From the IMG/VR virus record IMGVR_UViG_3300032310_000320, positions 10,432 through 74,431 of that record: a stretch of DNA of 64,000 nt; one strand, written 5' to 3'. Origin of the DNA: a virus (Duplodnaviria > Caudoviricetes). The notes below the pieces were generated by a model that worked only from the letters and a program-made list of their open reading frames with translations, did not search any database and was not told where the DNA came from. Each line of letters opens with the position of its first letter. Position 1 is the first letter of the stretch. Below are positions 1-7,252 of this stretch, one piece after another. Position numbers and translations under genes: made by a program.

Positions 1-12
1 AGGTTGCTAACC

Positions 13-41
13 CTAATAGCAGGCTTGAGTTAGGGCATCAA
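13..41 (-). promoter_or_regulatory. sigma70-like promoter directly after cassette terminator T1
   Basis: Minus strand TTGATG-N17-TATTAG; the -35 begins right after TAGCTG of the terminator tail. Confidence 0.45.
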
Positions 42-84
42 CAGCTAAAAAAAACCCACCCAAGCCCAAAGGCAAGGGTGGGTT
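41..84 (-). terminator. Cassette terminator T1 (family ACCCACCC-UU-GCC-loop-GGC-UU-GGGUGGGU, U8, AGCTG)
   Basis: Hairpin plus U-tract 3 nt after the stop of 88..336. Confidence 0.85.
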
Positions 85-87
85 AAT

Positions 88-336
88 TTACTCAATATCC
101 TTTTTCATACCGAACAATTGACATTCCAACTGGAACCACAATAATTCTTCCTCCGGCGACACACTACACCGTTGACTGCTTTCCGCAATCAGCAGCCAAT
201 CTCGCAGTTTTTCCCGCGTTGATCTAATTCCAATTTTGTGACCCTCCCACGGGGTCCAATACGAGTCAATGTTTTTTTGAATTTTAGCAATTAAATCTTT
301 GGACGCGTCAAAAGCATAAAGTACGTAACCAGTCAT
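88..336 (-). CDS. Hypothetical protein, cassette 1 cargo
   Basis: ORF 88..363; start reset to ATG 336 (MTGYVLY) after GGAGG. Confidence 0.7.
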   Translation of the reverse strand: MTGYVLYAFDASKDLIAKIQKNIDSYWTPWEGHKIGIRSTREKLRDWLLIAESSQRCSVSPEEELLWFQLECQLFGMKKDIE

Positions 337-353
337 CGTGAGAAACCCTCCTA

Positions 354-397
354 GCATATTCACTATCTGAACAACAGCGTTCAGACAGCTAATATGC
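354..397 (-). other. Cassette 1 5'-leader hairpin (GCUGUU loop)
   Basis: GCAUAUU-A-GCUGUCUGAAC / GUUCAGAUAGU-G-AAUAUGC. Confidence 0.8.
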
Positions 398-401
398 GGT
401 A

Positions 402-435
402 CATGTAATATGACGCATTTAAGCTTTGGATTTAG
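402..435 (-). promoter_or_regulatory. Cassette promoter-like box P1
   Basis: CTAAATccaaagcttaaatGCGTCATATTACATG; one of nine copies. Confidence 0.8.
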
Positions 436-442
436 ATGCTCT

Positions 443-488
443 GATAGCTAAAAAAAACCCACCCAAGCCCGAAGGCAAGGGTGGGTTT
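443..488 (-). terminator. Cassette terminator T2 (C-UUCG-G loop, tandem UU/UU mismatch, U8, AGCTATCAGAG)
   Basis: Hairpin plus U-tract 4 nt after the stop of 493..858. Confidence 0.9.
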
Positions 489-492
489 AAAC

Positions 493-858
493 TTAAACCG
501 ACACGCCGTCTGCCCACGTAGGGCAGCCGCATTCTCGGGCGATCTCAATCAATTGGCGAGACAGCTCAACGCTGTCTCGGCCAAACCTAAAATTTATCTT
601 ATTTGCATCTACCATGATCAACACATTTGCTGGAGTTGCGATAAGCAACTCCCAGACAGATCTTTTGGCAACGAAACCGGCGTAACCGGACGGGTTTGTC
701 GCCGCATCGCGTGCAATTGCCGTGGCAATTGCATCGTGCAATTCGTCCCACGACTCTGGAGTTTCGTTCAACGTTAGCGAGCCAAAGGCCTTTAACAGCC
801 TTTGGATTGACTCATAAACATTGCCGCGATGAAACAGTTCAACTCTAAGTTCACGCAT
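493..858 (-). CDS. Hypothetical protein, cassette 2 cargo
   Basis: ORF 493..882; start reset to ATG 858 (MRELRVE) after AGGAG. Confidence 0.75.
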   Translation of the reverse strand: MRELRVELFHRGNVYESIQRLLKAFGSLTLNETPESWDELHDAIATAIARDAATNPSGYAGFVAKRSVWELLIATPANVLIMVDANKINFRFGRDSVELSRQLIEIARECGCPTWADGVSV

Positions 859-879
859 AACAAAGACTCCTATTGAATC

Positions 880-917
880 CACACACCTCTAACCCGAAAT
901 GGCTTAGATAGCGTGTG
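880..917 (-). other. Cassette 2 5'-leader hairpin (CC-AUUUC-GG loop, bulged A)
   Basis: CACACGCU-A-UCUAAGCC AUUUC GGGUUAGA-GGUGUGUG. Confidence 0.8.
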
Positions 918-924
918 TCTTCCA

Positions 925-958
925 CATGTAATATGACGCGTTTCTGCTTCCAATTTAG
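925..958 (-). promoter_or_regulatory. Cassette promoter-like box P2
   Basis: CTAAATtggaagcagaaacGCGTCATATTACATG. Confidence 0.8.
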
Positions 959-960
959 GC

Positions 961-989
961 TTGACATTCATTCCCAACAAGACCACAAT
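961..989 (+). promoter_or_regulatory. sigma70-like promoter for 1044..1283
   Basis: TTGACA-N17-CACAAT, back-to-back with P2. Confidence 0.65.
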
Positions 990-1043
990 CCCTCTTCGCT
1001 AGGCAGGTGATTTGGTTTCTGTTTAGCTTGTTGAGGATTAGCT

Positions 1044-1283
1044 ATGTTGAAGTACGTTGCTCTCAGTTTCATATGCGTAACCGGTTTTGCCTTTGGTGGC
1101 GAAAAGGGCCAAGATGCTAAGGCTCCCGAGAAGGTCACACTTAAGTCGGCCAACAAGGTCATCGTGGAACAGAAGACCACAGAGTATGCTCCTGTCGCTA
1201 AGAAAAGGAAGTTGCTCTATCGTCCAGTCAGCGTCAAGAAGGTTGTGGGCGAAGTTGAAACCTGTCCTAACTGCAAGAAGTAA
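1044..1283 (+). CDS. Small secreted/periplasmic protein with C-terminal CxxC
   Basis: GAGGA RBS; signal-peptide-like N-terminus MLKYVALSFICVTGFAFG; ends CPNCKK; own promoter and T3 acts bidirectionally. Confidence 0.7.
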   Translation: MLKYVALSFICVTGFAFGGEKGQDAKAPEKVTLKSANKVIVEQKTTEYAPVAKKRKLLYRPVSVKKVVGEVETCPNCKK

Positions 1284-1291
1284 GTTTGGTT

Positions 1292-1341
1292 GATAGCTAA
1301 AAAAAAGCCCACCCAAGCCCGAAGGCAAGGGTGGGTTTTTT
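1292..1341. terminator. Cassette terminator T3, bidirectional
   Basis: Same core as T2; U8+AGCTATC on minus, T6 on plus; lies between convergent genes. Confidence 0.9.
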
Positions 1342-1343
1342 AT

Positions 1344-1622
1344 TTACTGGTTTGGCTGGTTACGCCAAACCCGGTCTAGTGCACCCATCGCCGCGTATGC
1401 GGCGCCTCCTATAACATAAATTACAAAAACTATACTTGCAGGAACTGGGATTGTTACCCAGTACCATAGTATCCATTCGGGTCCTTCGAAAATTTGCGGT
1501 ACCCATAAAAATTCGACTAGACTCGCCATCAATACAATTGCCGCGACTATAGCGGCAACTTTTAGCACAACACCAATTGCCGTAATATATACAGCTACAA
1601 ATTGAAACATGAAATTCTTCAT
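1344..1622 (-). CDS. Small membrane protein, cassette 3 cargo
   Basis: Two hydrophobic stretches; start reset to ATG 1622 (MKNFMFQ). Confidence 0.7.
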   Translation of the reverse strand: MKNFMFQFVAVYITAIGVVLKVAAIVAAIVLMASLVEFLWVPQIFEGPEWILWYWVTIPVPASIVFVIYVIGGAAYAAMGALDRVWRNQPNQ

Positions 1623-1638
1623 AGCCGAATCCCCCAAT

Positions 1639-1683
1639 AACAACTACGCCACCAAACCGAAGTGGTCTGATGGCGTAGTCGTC
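1639..1683 (-). other. Cassette 3 5'-leader hairpin (20-bp stem, CC-ACUUC-GG loop)
   Basis: GACGACUACGCCAUCAGACC ACUUC GGUUUGGUGGCGUAGUUGUU. Confidence 0.85.
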
Positions 1684-1685
1684 TA

Positions 1686-1719
1686 CATGTATTATGACAC
1701 GTTACTGGGTTGGATTTAG
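1686..1719 (-). promoter_or_regulatory. Cassette promoter-like box P3
   Basis: CTAAATccaacccagtaacGTGTCATAATACATG; begins 1 nt after the csrA stop. Confidence 0.8.
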
Positions 1720-1720
1720 G

Positions 1721-1906
1721 CTAGCTGACTTCCCCTATTTCGGGCAGTAACTCTTCCCTGATAATGTTCAAGGAAGGATCAGCCGCTATGCCTATTCTTG
1801 CCGTTCTGTCGGGTGCGTCTATGTTCACCAGCATCAGGACAATATCAGGTTTATTGTCCTGCCTGAGAATAATCCTCTGGCCAATCTTGCGGGTGAGTAC
1901 AAGCAT
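1721..1906 (-). CDS. csrA: CsrA/RsmA-family translational regulator
   Basis: MLVLTRK N-terminus, RIGIAAD and IIREEL match the CsrA fold including the RNA-binding Arg of REE. Confidence 0.85.
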   Translation of the reverse strand: MLVLTRKIGQRIILRQDNKPDIVLMLVNIDAPDRTARIGIAADPSLNIIREELLPEIGEVS

Positions 1907-1913
1907 CCATACC

Positions 1914-2366
1914 TCACGAAAGAGTTACCATCTGATTGAACTTAAATAGCTTCTTGAAAGACTGCTTGTGCTTTTCCATTTCTTTCAAGAAGGGTACAAG
2001 AGCTTTGGCAGTAACTGGGTCATCGTAGAAAGAAAAGAGTTGGACCTTGTTGGCGATGGCACCTACAGCGGCAATGACTATGTTGTGGGCACTGCAAATC
2101 TGATTGTTGATCCTTTTGCCAGCGTTCCCAATGATCGTGACTTCAATTCTTTTGCAAGGAACAGATGCCAAGTCAATCTTGCTGTTAATGCAATGCTTGG
2201 GATCTATTACCTCAAACATGTCAGCCAAAGATTTGAAATAATCACAACCAATGCGGGCAGGGCCATCTGTCCAATATTCAACTCTCCACGTGAAGTAAGG
2301 CTTGGAAACTTTAGGCTTGGATTTGGTTTTAGAAACTTTGGACTTTGGCGCTTCAACCTGTGACAT
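1914..2366 (-). CDS. Hypothetical protein, Lys-rich N-terminus, co-transcribed with csrA
   Basis: ORF with GGAGG RBS; stop 7 nt before the csrA start. Confidence 0.75.
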   Translation of the reverse strand: MSQVEAPKSKVSKTKSKPKVSKPYFTWRVEYWTDGPARIGCDYFKSLADMFEVIDPKHCINSKIDLASVPCKRIEVTIIGNAGKRINNQICSAHNIVIAAVGAIANKVQLFSFYDDPVTAKALVPFLKEMEKHKQSFKKLFKFNQMVTLS

Positions 2367-2425
2367 GCGACCTCCATGTGAGAAACAATAAACACTTATA
2401 ACGAGTTTGGGTTACTCGTGGAGGA

Positions 2426-2454
2426 AGTTTAAAAGTAATAAGATGAGGAGTCAA
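2426..2454 (-). promoter_or_regulatory. sigma70-like promoter for the 2366/csrA operon
   Basis: TTGACT-N17-TAAACT; the -35 starts right after TAGCTA of T4. Confidence 0.65.
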
Positions 2455-2504
2455 TAGCTAAAAAAAAGCCTACCTAAGCCCTAAGGCAAAGGTAGGCTTT
2501 TTTT
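2453..2504. terminator. Cassette terminator T4, bidirectional
   Basis: Variant of T1-T3 (GCCTACC/GGTAGGC stem); U8+AGCTATT on minus, T7 on plus. Confidence 0.85.
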
Positions 2505-2706
2505 AATGGCCCATGATCTCCATGAGCCATTTCCACTCATCGGCGCCTTCGTAGGGAAGACTTACTTCCCGCACTTGCCAGTTTCCATACTGCGCAGCGG
2601 CCTTCTGGGCCGCTGCGCGCGATGCATACTGCTGGGGATATGGTCCCCATTCAGCATTCCGATATGCGTTGGTGGCAAGATCAGAAACTAGGATGTACAC
2701 TTTCAT
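2503..2706 (-). CDS. Hypothetical protein, cassette 4 cargo
   Basis: Start reset to ATG 2706 (MKVYILV) after AGGAG. Confidence 0.7.
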   Translation of the reverse strand: MKVYILVSDLATNAYRNAEWGPYPQQYASRAAAQKAAAQYGNWQVREVSLPYEGADEWKWLMEIMGH

Positions 2707-2728
2707 CTCACGACTCCTAACCGAATCC

Positions 2729-2764
2729 ACACACCTCTAAACCGAAATGGCCTAGATAGCGTAT
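2729..2764 (-). other. Cassette 4 5'-leader hairpin (CC-AUUUC-GG loop, bulged A)
   Basis: AUACGCU-A-UCUAGGCC AUUUC GGUUUAGA-GGUGUGU. Confidence 0.8.
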
Positions 2765-2772
2765 AGCTTTCA

Positions 2773-2806
2773 CATGTATTATGACGCGTTTTTGGGTTGG
2801 ATTTAG
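2773..2806 (-). promoter_or_regulatory. Cassette promoter-like box P4
   Basis: CTAAATccaacccaaaaacGCGTCATAATACATG. Confidence 0.8.
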
Positions 2807-2814
2807 GCTCACCT

Positions 2815-2865
2815 AATAGCTAAAAAAAAGACCACGAACACAGGACTAGCCTGTGTCGTGGTCTT
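2815..2865 (-). terminator. Cassette terminator T5 (bulged stem, U8, AGCTATT)
   Basis: CCACGAACACAGGACTAGCCTGTGTCGTGG, identical core to T7. Confidence 0.85.
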
Positions 2866-2868
2866 AGA

Positions 2869-3510
2869 CTATTTTTTGCGGGGGCGACGGGGAATTTCTT
2901 CCCCAGTATGCGTAATATAAATCACGCCACTTTCTTTTGACTCAGGCGCGCGGGCCTTGTCGAGGGCCGCCACCAAATCTTGCGACAACGCCATATCGGC
3001 GTTGGGCGCGTTGATAACAAACACCCACCGGCGGGGTTTGACTTCGCGCACGGCGAAGTCTATTGACGGCATGATCTTGCCGTCAAGGTAGATCCAAGTT
3101 GGACCTACCACCAGTTCCCAAGCTCCAAGCATCGGAGCCTCGGGAACACCCTTTTTTGCGGCAATGGCCGCGCGGGTTTCGAGCGGCACCGACAGCTTGG
3201 GGCCTTCGATTATATCAAAGGCCCCTCCTTGCTCGTTCATGCATCTCCGGGTTGAGCCCGGAGATGGTTTCTCAAGTTCTGCGAGCGCTTGCTCGCAGAG
3301 TTTCACCAATGCCCTCTCAGACTTTAAGTCTGCAAGGGCATTGGTTACGTCAGCTCTTAAAGCTGACGTAAGTGAAACCTCAGCTTCATATCGCTTCTCC
3401 CAGTGAGCGGCGCGATATTGCAATTCGTTGATTTGCACCGCAGCATTAGCGGTGTAAATCAGAAAAGTTGCCGCAAGCGCGAGCGCCAAACCCAAGATGA
3501 AATCCTTCAT
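2869..3510 (-). CDS. Membrane-anchored coiled-coil protein, cassette 5 cargo
   Basis: N-terminal hydrophobic helix then heptad-like region; start ATG 3510 after GAGGAG. Confidence 0.75.
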   Translation of the reverse strand: MKDFILGLALALAATFLIYTANAAVQINELQYRAAHWEKRYEAEVSLTSALRADVTNALADLKSERALVKLCEQALAELEKPSPGSTRRCMNEQGGAFDIIEGPKLSVPLETRAAIAAKKGVPEAPMLGAWELVVGPTWIYLDGKIMPSIDFAVREVKPRRWVFVINAPNADMALSQDLVAALDKARAPESKESGVIYITHTGEEIPRRPRKK

Positions 3511-3535
3511 CGTGGTACTCCTCACACAGCCAAGT

Positions 3536-3565
3536 CACCTCTAACCAGAAATTGGTTTGATAGCG
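3536..3565 (-). other. Cassette 5 5'-leader hairpin (A-AUUUC-U loop, bulged A)
   Basis: CGCU-A-UCAAACCA AUUUC UGGUUAGA-GGUG; loop-closing pair is A-U instead of C-G. Confidence 0.75.
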
Positions 3566-3576
3566 TATGGCCGTCT

Positions 3577-3610
3577 CATGTTATATGACGCGTTTCTAGC
3601 TTGGATTTAG
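3577..3610 (-). promoter_or_regulatory. Cassette promoter-like box P5
   Basis: CTAAATccaagctagaaacGCGTCATATAACATG; its TAA is the stop of the 3607 ORF. Confidence 0.8.
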
Positions 3611-3816
3611 TTTGTGTTTGCGTTGCCACCCTTAGGATCTTCAGCCATGTCAGCTTCCATCCACAGGTTCCATTTCTTAACCACTCTTCTGCCTTTGTAG
3701 TAAAGCACAGGCGTGGACAACTTACCTTCGTAATCAACCCACATCAAAGAATAGTCAGACGTCAATTCAACATCCACACCATCCACACTCAACAACTGAT
3801 ATTTCACGCCAGACAT
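3607..3816 (-). CDS. Hypothetical protein
   Basis: Start reset to ATG 3816 (MSGVKYQ) after GGAGGT. Confidence 0.6.
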   Translation of the reverse strand: MSGVKYQLLSVDGVDVELTSDYSLMWVDYEGKLSTPVLYYKGRRVVKKWNLWMEADMAEDPKGGNANTN

Positions 3817-3892
3817 ATCACCTCCACAAAAAAGAAACAGGCGGGGAATTGTACCCCCACCTGTAAGAAAAACATACCACTTTTTCTTAGAC

Positions 3893-6214
3893 CTAGAACG
3901 CGCAGGCACCACCAACACATGCATAATTCTGCGCCGATTCCGTTTGATCGTCATCTTCGTACTGACACAACTTGGACCAATCCACCACAGGGAAATCCTT
4001 GGAGAACATAGCGTACTGTTCTGGCGTTAATTCCTCATTGGGTGCGTGCTTGTACACACCATTATCTTTAGGAAGGAAACTGAGGCCTGTGATTTCATCG
4101 AAGTGATCATAGACCCAAGAGCCGACTTGAAACCACTCATAGGGCTCCACATAAATAGTCGCGGATACAGAATGCTCGGCCCAGTTACGTTTCCAGCAGA
4201 GCCAGTTTTCCAGTTGTTCAATGGCCGTCATGGAGTTACGTGTGAGACAACCATCAGGAGCAGTCTTGGGGAAACCAAACACGTACAAGTCATTAGGCCT
4301 TTCGGGAGAATCATGGTACGGAACGCCTTGGTCAATTAGGAACTTGGCCACAGGTGAATGCTTTGATTCTCTTACCCACCTGATTTGCCTGTCTGCGTAA
4401 CGAGGACTAACACCAGAAGCACAATCAAAGAACACGCTGCTGTCGCCTCCCGGTTTGATGCACGTGTCAGCCGCCGAACGAGAAATACCAAAGCGCCGAG
4501 TAAGGGCTTCATTGGTTTCGTTAACGACTGCTTTGAGTTTGCGGAGAAGCTCAGGTCTGTTGGGATGTGATGGATGTAGAAGAGGACAATCAGCATGTCC
4601 CGTAATATCCACACCCAGAAGCGCTTCCTCCTCACAGTTCCTACGCCACTGGTCTCTGATGTAATTGAAACGAGTACACGTGGCCTGCATGGTACCGAAG
4701 TAAGTCGCAACAAGGACTTTCTTCATGAGAGTCGTTTCAGTGTCGTCAGGTCTGGCTACAGCAATAGAAAGGTTGCAGAACTCATAGGGTCTAAGTTGAA
4801 TTTCACCGCATGGGTTAAAGCCCCAATCATGTCCCTTCTGCCTACGCTCGGGTGCCTGCATATCCATGGCTTGGCGATTGCAAATACCACGTTCGCCTGA
4901 GTAACTACGAATGAGGGACAGCCACTCATCCATGAACACGTCAGTTGAAGGTTTGGAATGGTACACGGCTGAGTTGTTGGCCATGCTGCGATGCTTGTTG
5001 TCTATGTACCACTGACCCGACTTAGCAGAACGCATTTCATGGCTGCCCAAGTCAGACAATGAAATAAGAGCTGCGCGTCGTACACCACCTACCTGCACAA
5101 TGTTGCCAATCATGCAGCAGATGTCGTGAACGTCTATGTCACTGAGATGACGGGTTTGACGGGACAATACAATCCGTCTGATGAAAGTCATTAATTCATG
5201 GAATGGCTCTGGTCCTGATGCACGTCCGCCTTTGGTCTTGAGACGTGTGCCTTTGGGCCTGACAGCCGACGTGTCGAGAATAAAGTCACGCCCCTGAAAC
5301 AGAAATTCAAGACAGTGGAACAGAGCATCACACCATCCCTCTGTGCTGTCCTCAACCACAACCGAAATGGGAAGTTCACCCGTCTGCTTGGCGATACGAG
5401 GTAACGTAGAAATTTGATCGTACTCAACAGAAAACCCCATTCCTGTACCTTGCATAAGTACATATAGCAACTCGGCGAATGAGCGCAGGTCGGTAATTGG
5501 CGCGTAGGCACAATTATACACACCCACATGACATCTTTCGAGTGCAGGTCCAGCCATCTGCACCACACGCATAGCAGGTGATGCCTCTAGCTGATACATA
5601 GATTTGGAAAGCATATCCCATTCATCTTGGGTCAGTTTGTTCTTGACCTTAGGAAGATTCTGGAACCAAGGGATGACACGGTTGAATACAGTTTCCTTCC
5701 AAGTCTCGCGGCGTTTCTCGGTGTCATTCCAGCGAGAGAACTTGCCAATAAATTGGTAATACTGTAGATCCGTCTGAAAGTGAGTACGGTCCTCGGATAC
5801 CGCCGAAGCATACGCCGTTGGAACTGGGCGATTGAGTCTGGCTCTGCGCCTGTCTTCTCTGTAGTTCTGGTAGTGTTCTGCAAACTCAGAGAGGCTTGTG
5901 ATCCAGAGTTGGGCAATGATGGTTCTTTGAATCTCTTCAACATCGATAGGACCCGTTGCGTTTCGTGTGATTAGCCCCAAAACTACATACTCAAGAATAG
6001 GATCGACATCAGGCATAGCCACGTTCTGTTCAGATACCACGTTGTTGAAACACCTGAGAAGAGCAGCTTTGATCTTCTCAATGTCAAAAGCAACAATCGA
6101 GCCATCCCTCTTGCGAACTGTCCAACCTTTAGTTGATTCAGCAATGGGTTGTTCGAGCTTCTCAAGAAACTCAGGTTGAACAGAACGTACACGGTAAGGT
6201 GAATAAGTTTGCAT
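3893..6214 (-). CDS. nrdJ: Class II (adenosylcobalamin-dependent) ribonucleotide reductase with N-terminal ATP-cone
   Basis: VRKRDGS ATP-cone; YNCAY, GTGMGFS, GGVRRAALISL, NPCGE, FCNL, IKPGG and C-terminal ACVGGAC; likely start MQTYSPY at 6214. Confidence 0.92.
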   Translation of the reverse strand: MQTYSPYRVRSVQPEFLEKLEQPIAESTKGWTVRKRDGSIVAFDIEKIKAALLRCFNNVVSEQNVAMPDVDPILEYVVLGLITRNATGPIDVEEIQRTIIAQLWITSLSEFAEHYQNYREDRRRARLNRPVPTAYASAVSEDRTHFQTDLQYYQFIGKFSRWNDTEKRRETWKETVFNRVIPWFQNLPKVKNKLTQDEWDMLSKSMYQLEASPAMRVVQMAGPALERCHVGVYNCAYAPITDLRSFAELLYVLMQGTGMGFSVEYDQISTLPRIAKQTGELPISVVVEDSTEGWCDALFHCLEFLFQGRDFILDTSAVRPKGTRLKTKGGRASGPEPFHELMTFIRRIVLSRQTRHLSDIDVHDICCMIGNIVQVGGVRRAALISLSDLGSHEMRSAKSGQWYIDNKHRSMANNSAVYHSKPSTDVFMDEWLSLIRSYSGERGICNRQAMDMQAPERRQKGHDWGFNPCGEIQLRPYEFCNLSIAVARPDDTETTLMKKVLVATYFGTMQATCTRFNYIRDQWRRNCEEEALLGVDITGHADCPLLHPSHPNRPELLRKLKAVVNETNEALTRRFGISRSAADTCIKPGGDSSVFFDCASGVSPRYADRQIRWVRESKHSPVAKFLIDQGVPYHDSPERPNDLYVFGFPKTAPDGCLTRNSMTAIEQLENWLCWKRNWAEHSVSATIYVEPYEWFQVGSWVYDHFDEITGLSFLPKDNGVYKHAPNEELTPEQYAMFSKDFPVVDWSKLCQYEDDDQTESAQNYACVGGACAF

Positions 6215-6257
6215 ACCAAGCCTCGTAGACACAGAACAAAATTGGAGTGGAGAAGCC

Positions 6258-6285
6258 ATTCTAAGGGAGACCCCCCGAGCGTCAA
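6258..6285 (-). promoter_or_regulatory. sigma70-like promoter for nrdJ
   Basis: TTGACG-N16-TAGAAT just after T6. Confidence 0.55.
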
Positions 6286-6296
6286 GCAAAGTCTCT

Positions 6297-6342
6297 GATA
6301 GCTAAAAAAAGGAACACTGGAGGGTTTAAACCCCAGTGTTCC
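6297..6342 (-). terminator. Cassette terminator T6 (bulged stem, U7, AGCTATCAGAG)
   Basis: GGAACACTG / CAGTGTTCC outer stem with an asymmetric bulge. Confidence 0.85.
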
Positions 6343-6352
6343 TCAGAAAGTT

Positions 6353-6616
6353 CTAAGCCGCATTCCATGCAGCCAGAACTTCCTTTCCGCTGTAAATTAC
6401 CCCGTCAGGGGTAACAGCGGCGACGTCCCCGCAAGGGGACATGTGAAACTTAAAGCCTAAGGCTTTAAGTTTCACAAGGATTTGCACAGACGCGCCCTCG
6501 GTAGGGCGCCCCTCGCGCTGTAGCAAAGCAGCGAAATACATCGCTGCTTTGCTGAAGTTCTTAGCCTGAAAGTGCTTTTGCACTTTCAGGCCCAAGAAGA
6601 TTTGATTGCAAAGCAT
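6353..6616 (-). CDS. Hypothetical protein, cassette 6 cargo
   Basis: GGAGG RBS; enclosed by P6 and T6. Confidence 0.75.
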   Translation of the reverse strand: MLCNQIFLGLKVQKHFQAKNFSKAAMYFAALLQREGRPTEGASVQILVKLKALGFKFHMSPCGDVAAVTPDGVIYSGKEVLAAWNAA

Positions 6617-6629
6617 TGCAATCCTCCAT

Positions 6630-6671
6630 GCGTAACATTACCCAAACAACAGCGTTTGGATAGCGTTACGC
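6630..6671 (-). other. Cassette 6 5'-leader hairpin (GCUGUU loop)
   Basis: GCGUAACG-C-UAUCCAAAC GCUGUU GUUUGGGUA-A-UGUUACGC; same loop as cassette 1 with a different stem. Confidence 0.8.
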
Positions 6672-6675
6672 GCCT

Positions 6676-6709
6676 CATGTTATATGACGCAGTTTTGCTG
6701 TGAATTTAG
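6676..6709 (-). promoter_or_regulatory. Cassette promoter-like box P6
   Basis: CTAAATtcacagcaaaactGCGTCATATAACATG. Confidence 0.8.
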
Positions 6710-6717
6710 GTTTAGCC

Positions 6718-6768
6718 AATAGCTAAAAAAAAGCCCACGAACACAGGACTAGCCTGTGTCGTGGGTTT
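6718..6768 (-). terminator. Cassette terminator T7
   Basis: Core identical to T5; U8+AGCTATT. Confidence 0.85.
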
Positions 6769-6772
6769 TGGA

Positions 6773-7153
6773 TTAGGTTATCTTAATGCCCTCCTTTTGG
6801 AGCATGTCAAGCCTTTGGTTTTCTTCCTTCATTTCTTCGGCGCTCAGTATCGTGGGCCGAACCCAGACATCGCTTACGTAGCCCTTTATGGGCCCTAAAC
6901 TTCGAGCGTCCGTAGACGCCCTCACCCACAATTCCTTTGTCAGTGCGTCAATTAGGATTACGCGACCATATGAGTCGCGTAAGTTTGTGTTGAACATCGA
7001 TCTGTTATTAATGTCTTGACACTGCGCTCGTGAGAATTTAATTCTCAATATCTCTCTGTATCGGGATGCCAACACCGTTCCGGTGCCGTGGCGGACGGGG
7101 ACAAAATTCACATTTTGAATTTTATTCAGAAAGTCTGCGATTGTACGGATCAT
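6773..7153 (-). CDS. Hypothetical protein, cassette 7 cargo
   Basis: Start reset to ATG 7153 (MIRTIAD) after AAGGAG. Confidence 0.75.
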   Translation of the reverse strand: MIRTIADFLNKIQNVNFVPVRHGTGTVLASRYREILRIKFSRAQCQDINNRSMFNTNLRDSYGRVILIDALTKELWVRASTDARSLGPIKGYVSDVWVRPTILSAEEMKEENQRLDMLQKEGIKIT

Positions 7154-7174
7154 GACGATACTCCTTCTAAAGCC

Positions 7175-7210
7175 ACACACCTCTAAACCGAAATGGCTTA
7201 GATAGCATAT
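7175..7210 (-). other. Cassette 7 5'-leader hairpin (CC-AUUUC-GG loop, bulged A)
   Basis: AUAUGCU-A-UCUAAGCC AUUUC GGUUUAGA-GGUGUGU. Confidence 0.8.
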
Positions 7211-7218
7211 GGCTTTCA

Positions 7219-7252
7219 CATGTATTATGACGCGTTTTTGCTGTGGATTTAG
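7219..7252 (-). promoter_or_regulatory. Cassette promoter-like box P7
   Basis: CTAAATccacagcaaaaacGCGTCATAATACATG; its TAA is the stop of the 7249 ORF. Confidence 0.8.

Noticed and set aside
402-435. phiKZ-type TATTAC early promoter
   Set aside because: Only three of nine copies read TATTAC (the others TAATAC or TATAAC), and the conserved upstream CTAAAT is not part of that consensus.
2869-3510. Rz-like spanin
   Set aside because: The TM plus coiled-coil fits, but there is no adjacent endolysin, holin or nested lipoprotein, and the gene is a standalone cassette.
41-7252. Dispersed repeats as a CRISPR array
   Set aside because: Repeats are separated by whole genes of 200-1000 nt rather than uniform 30-40-nt spacers, and no cas genes were seen.
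41-7252. Integron attC cassette array
   Set aside because: No RYYYAAC/GTTRRRY core pairs, each unit has its own promoter, and no integrase is in the window.
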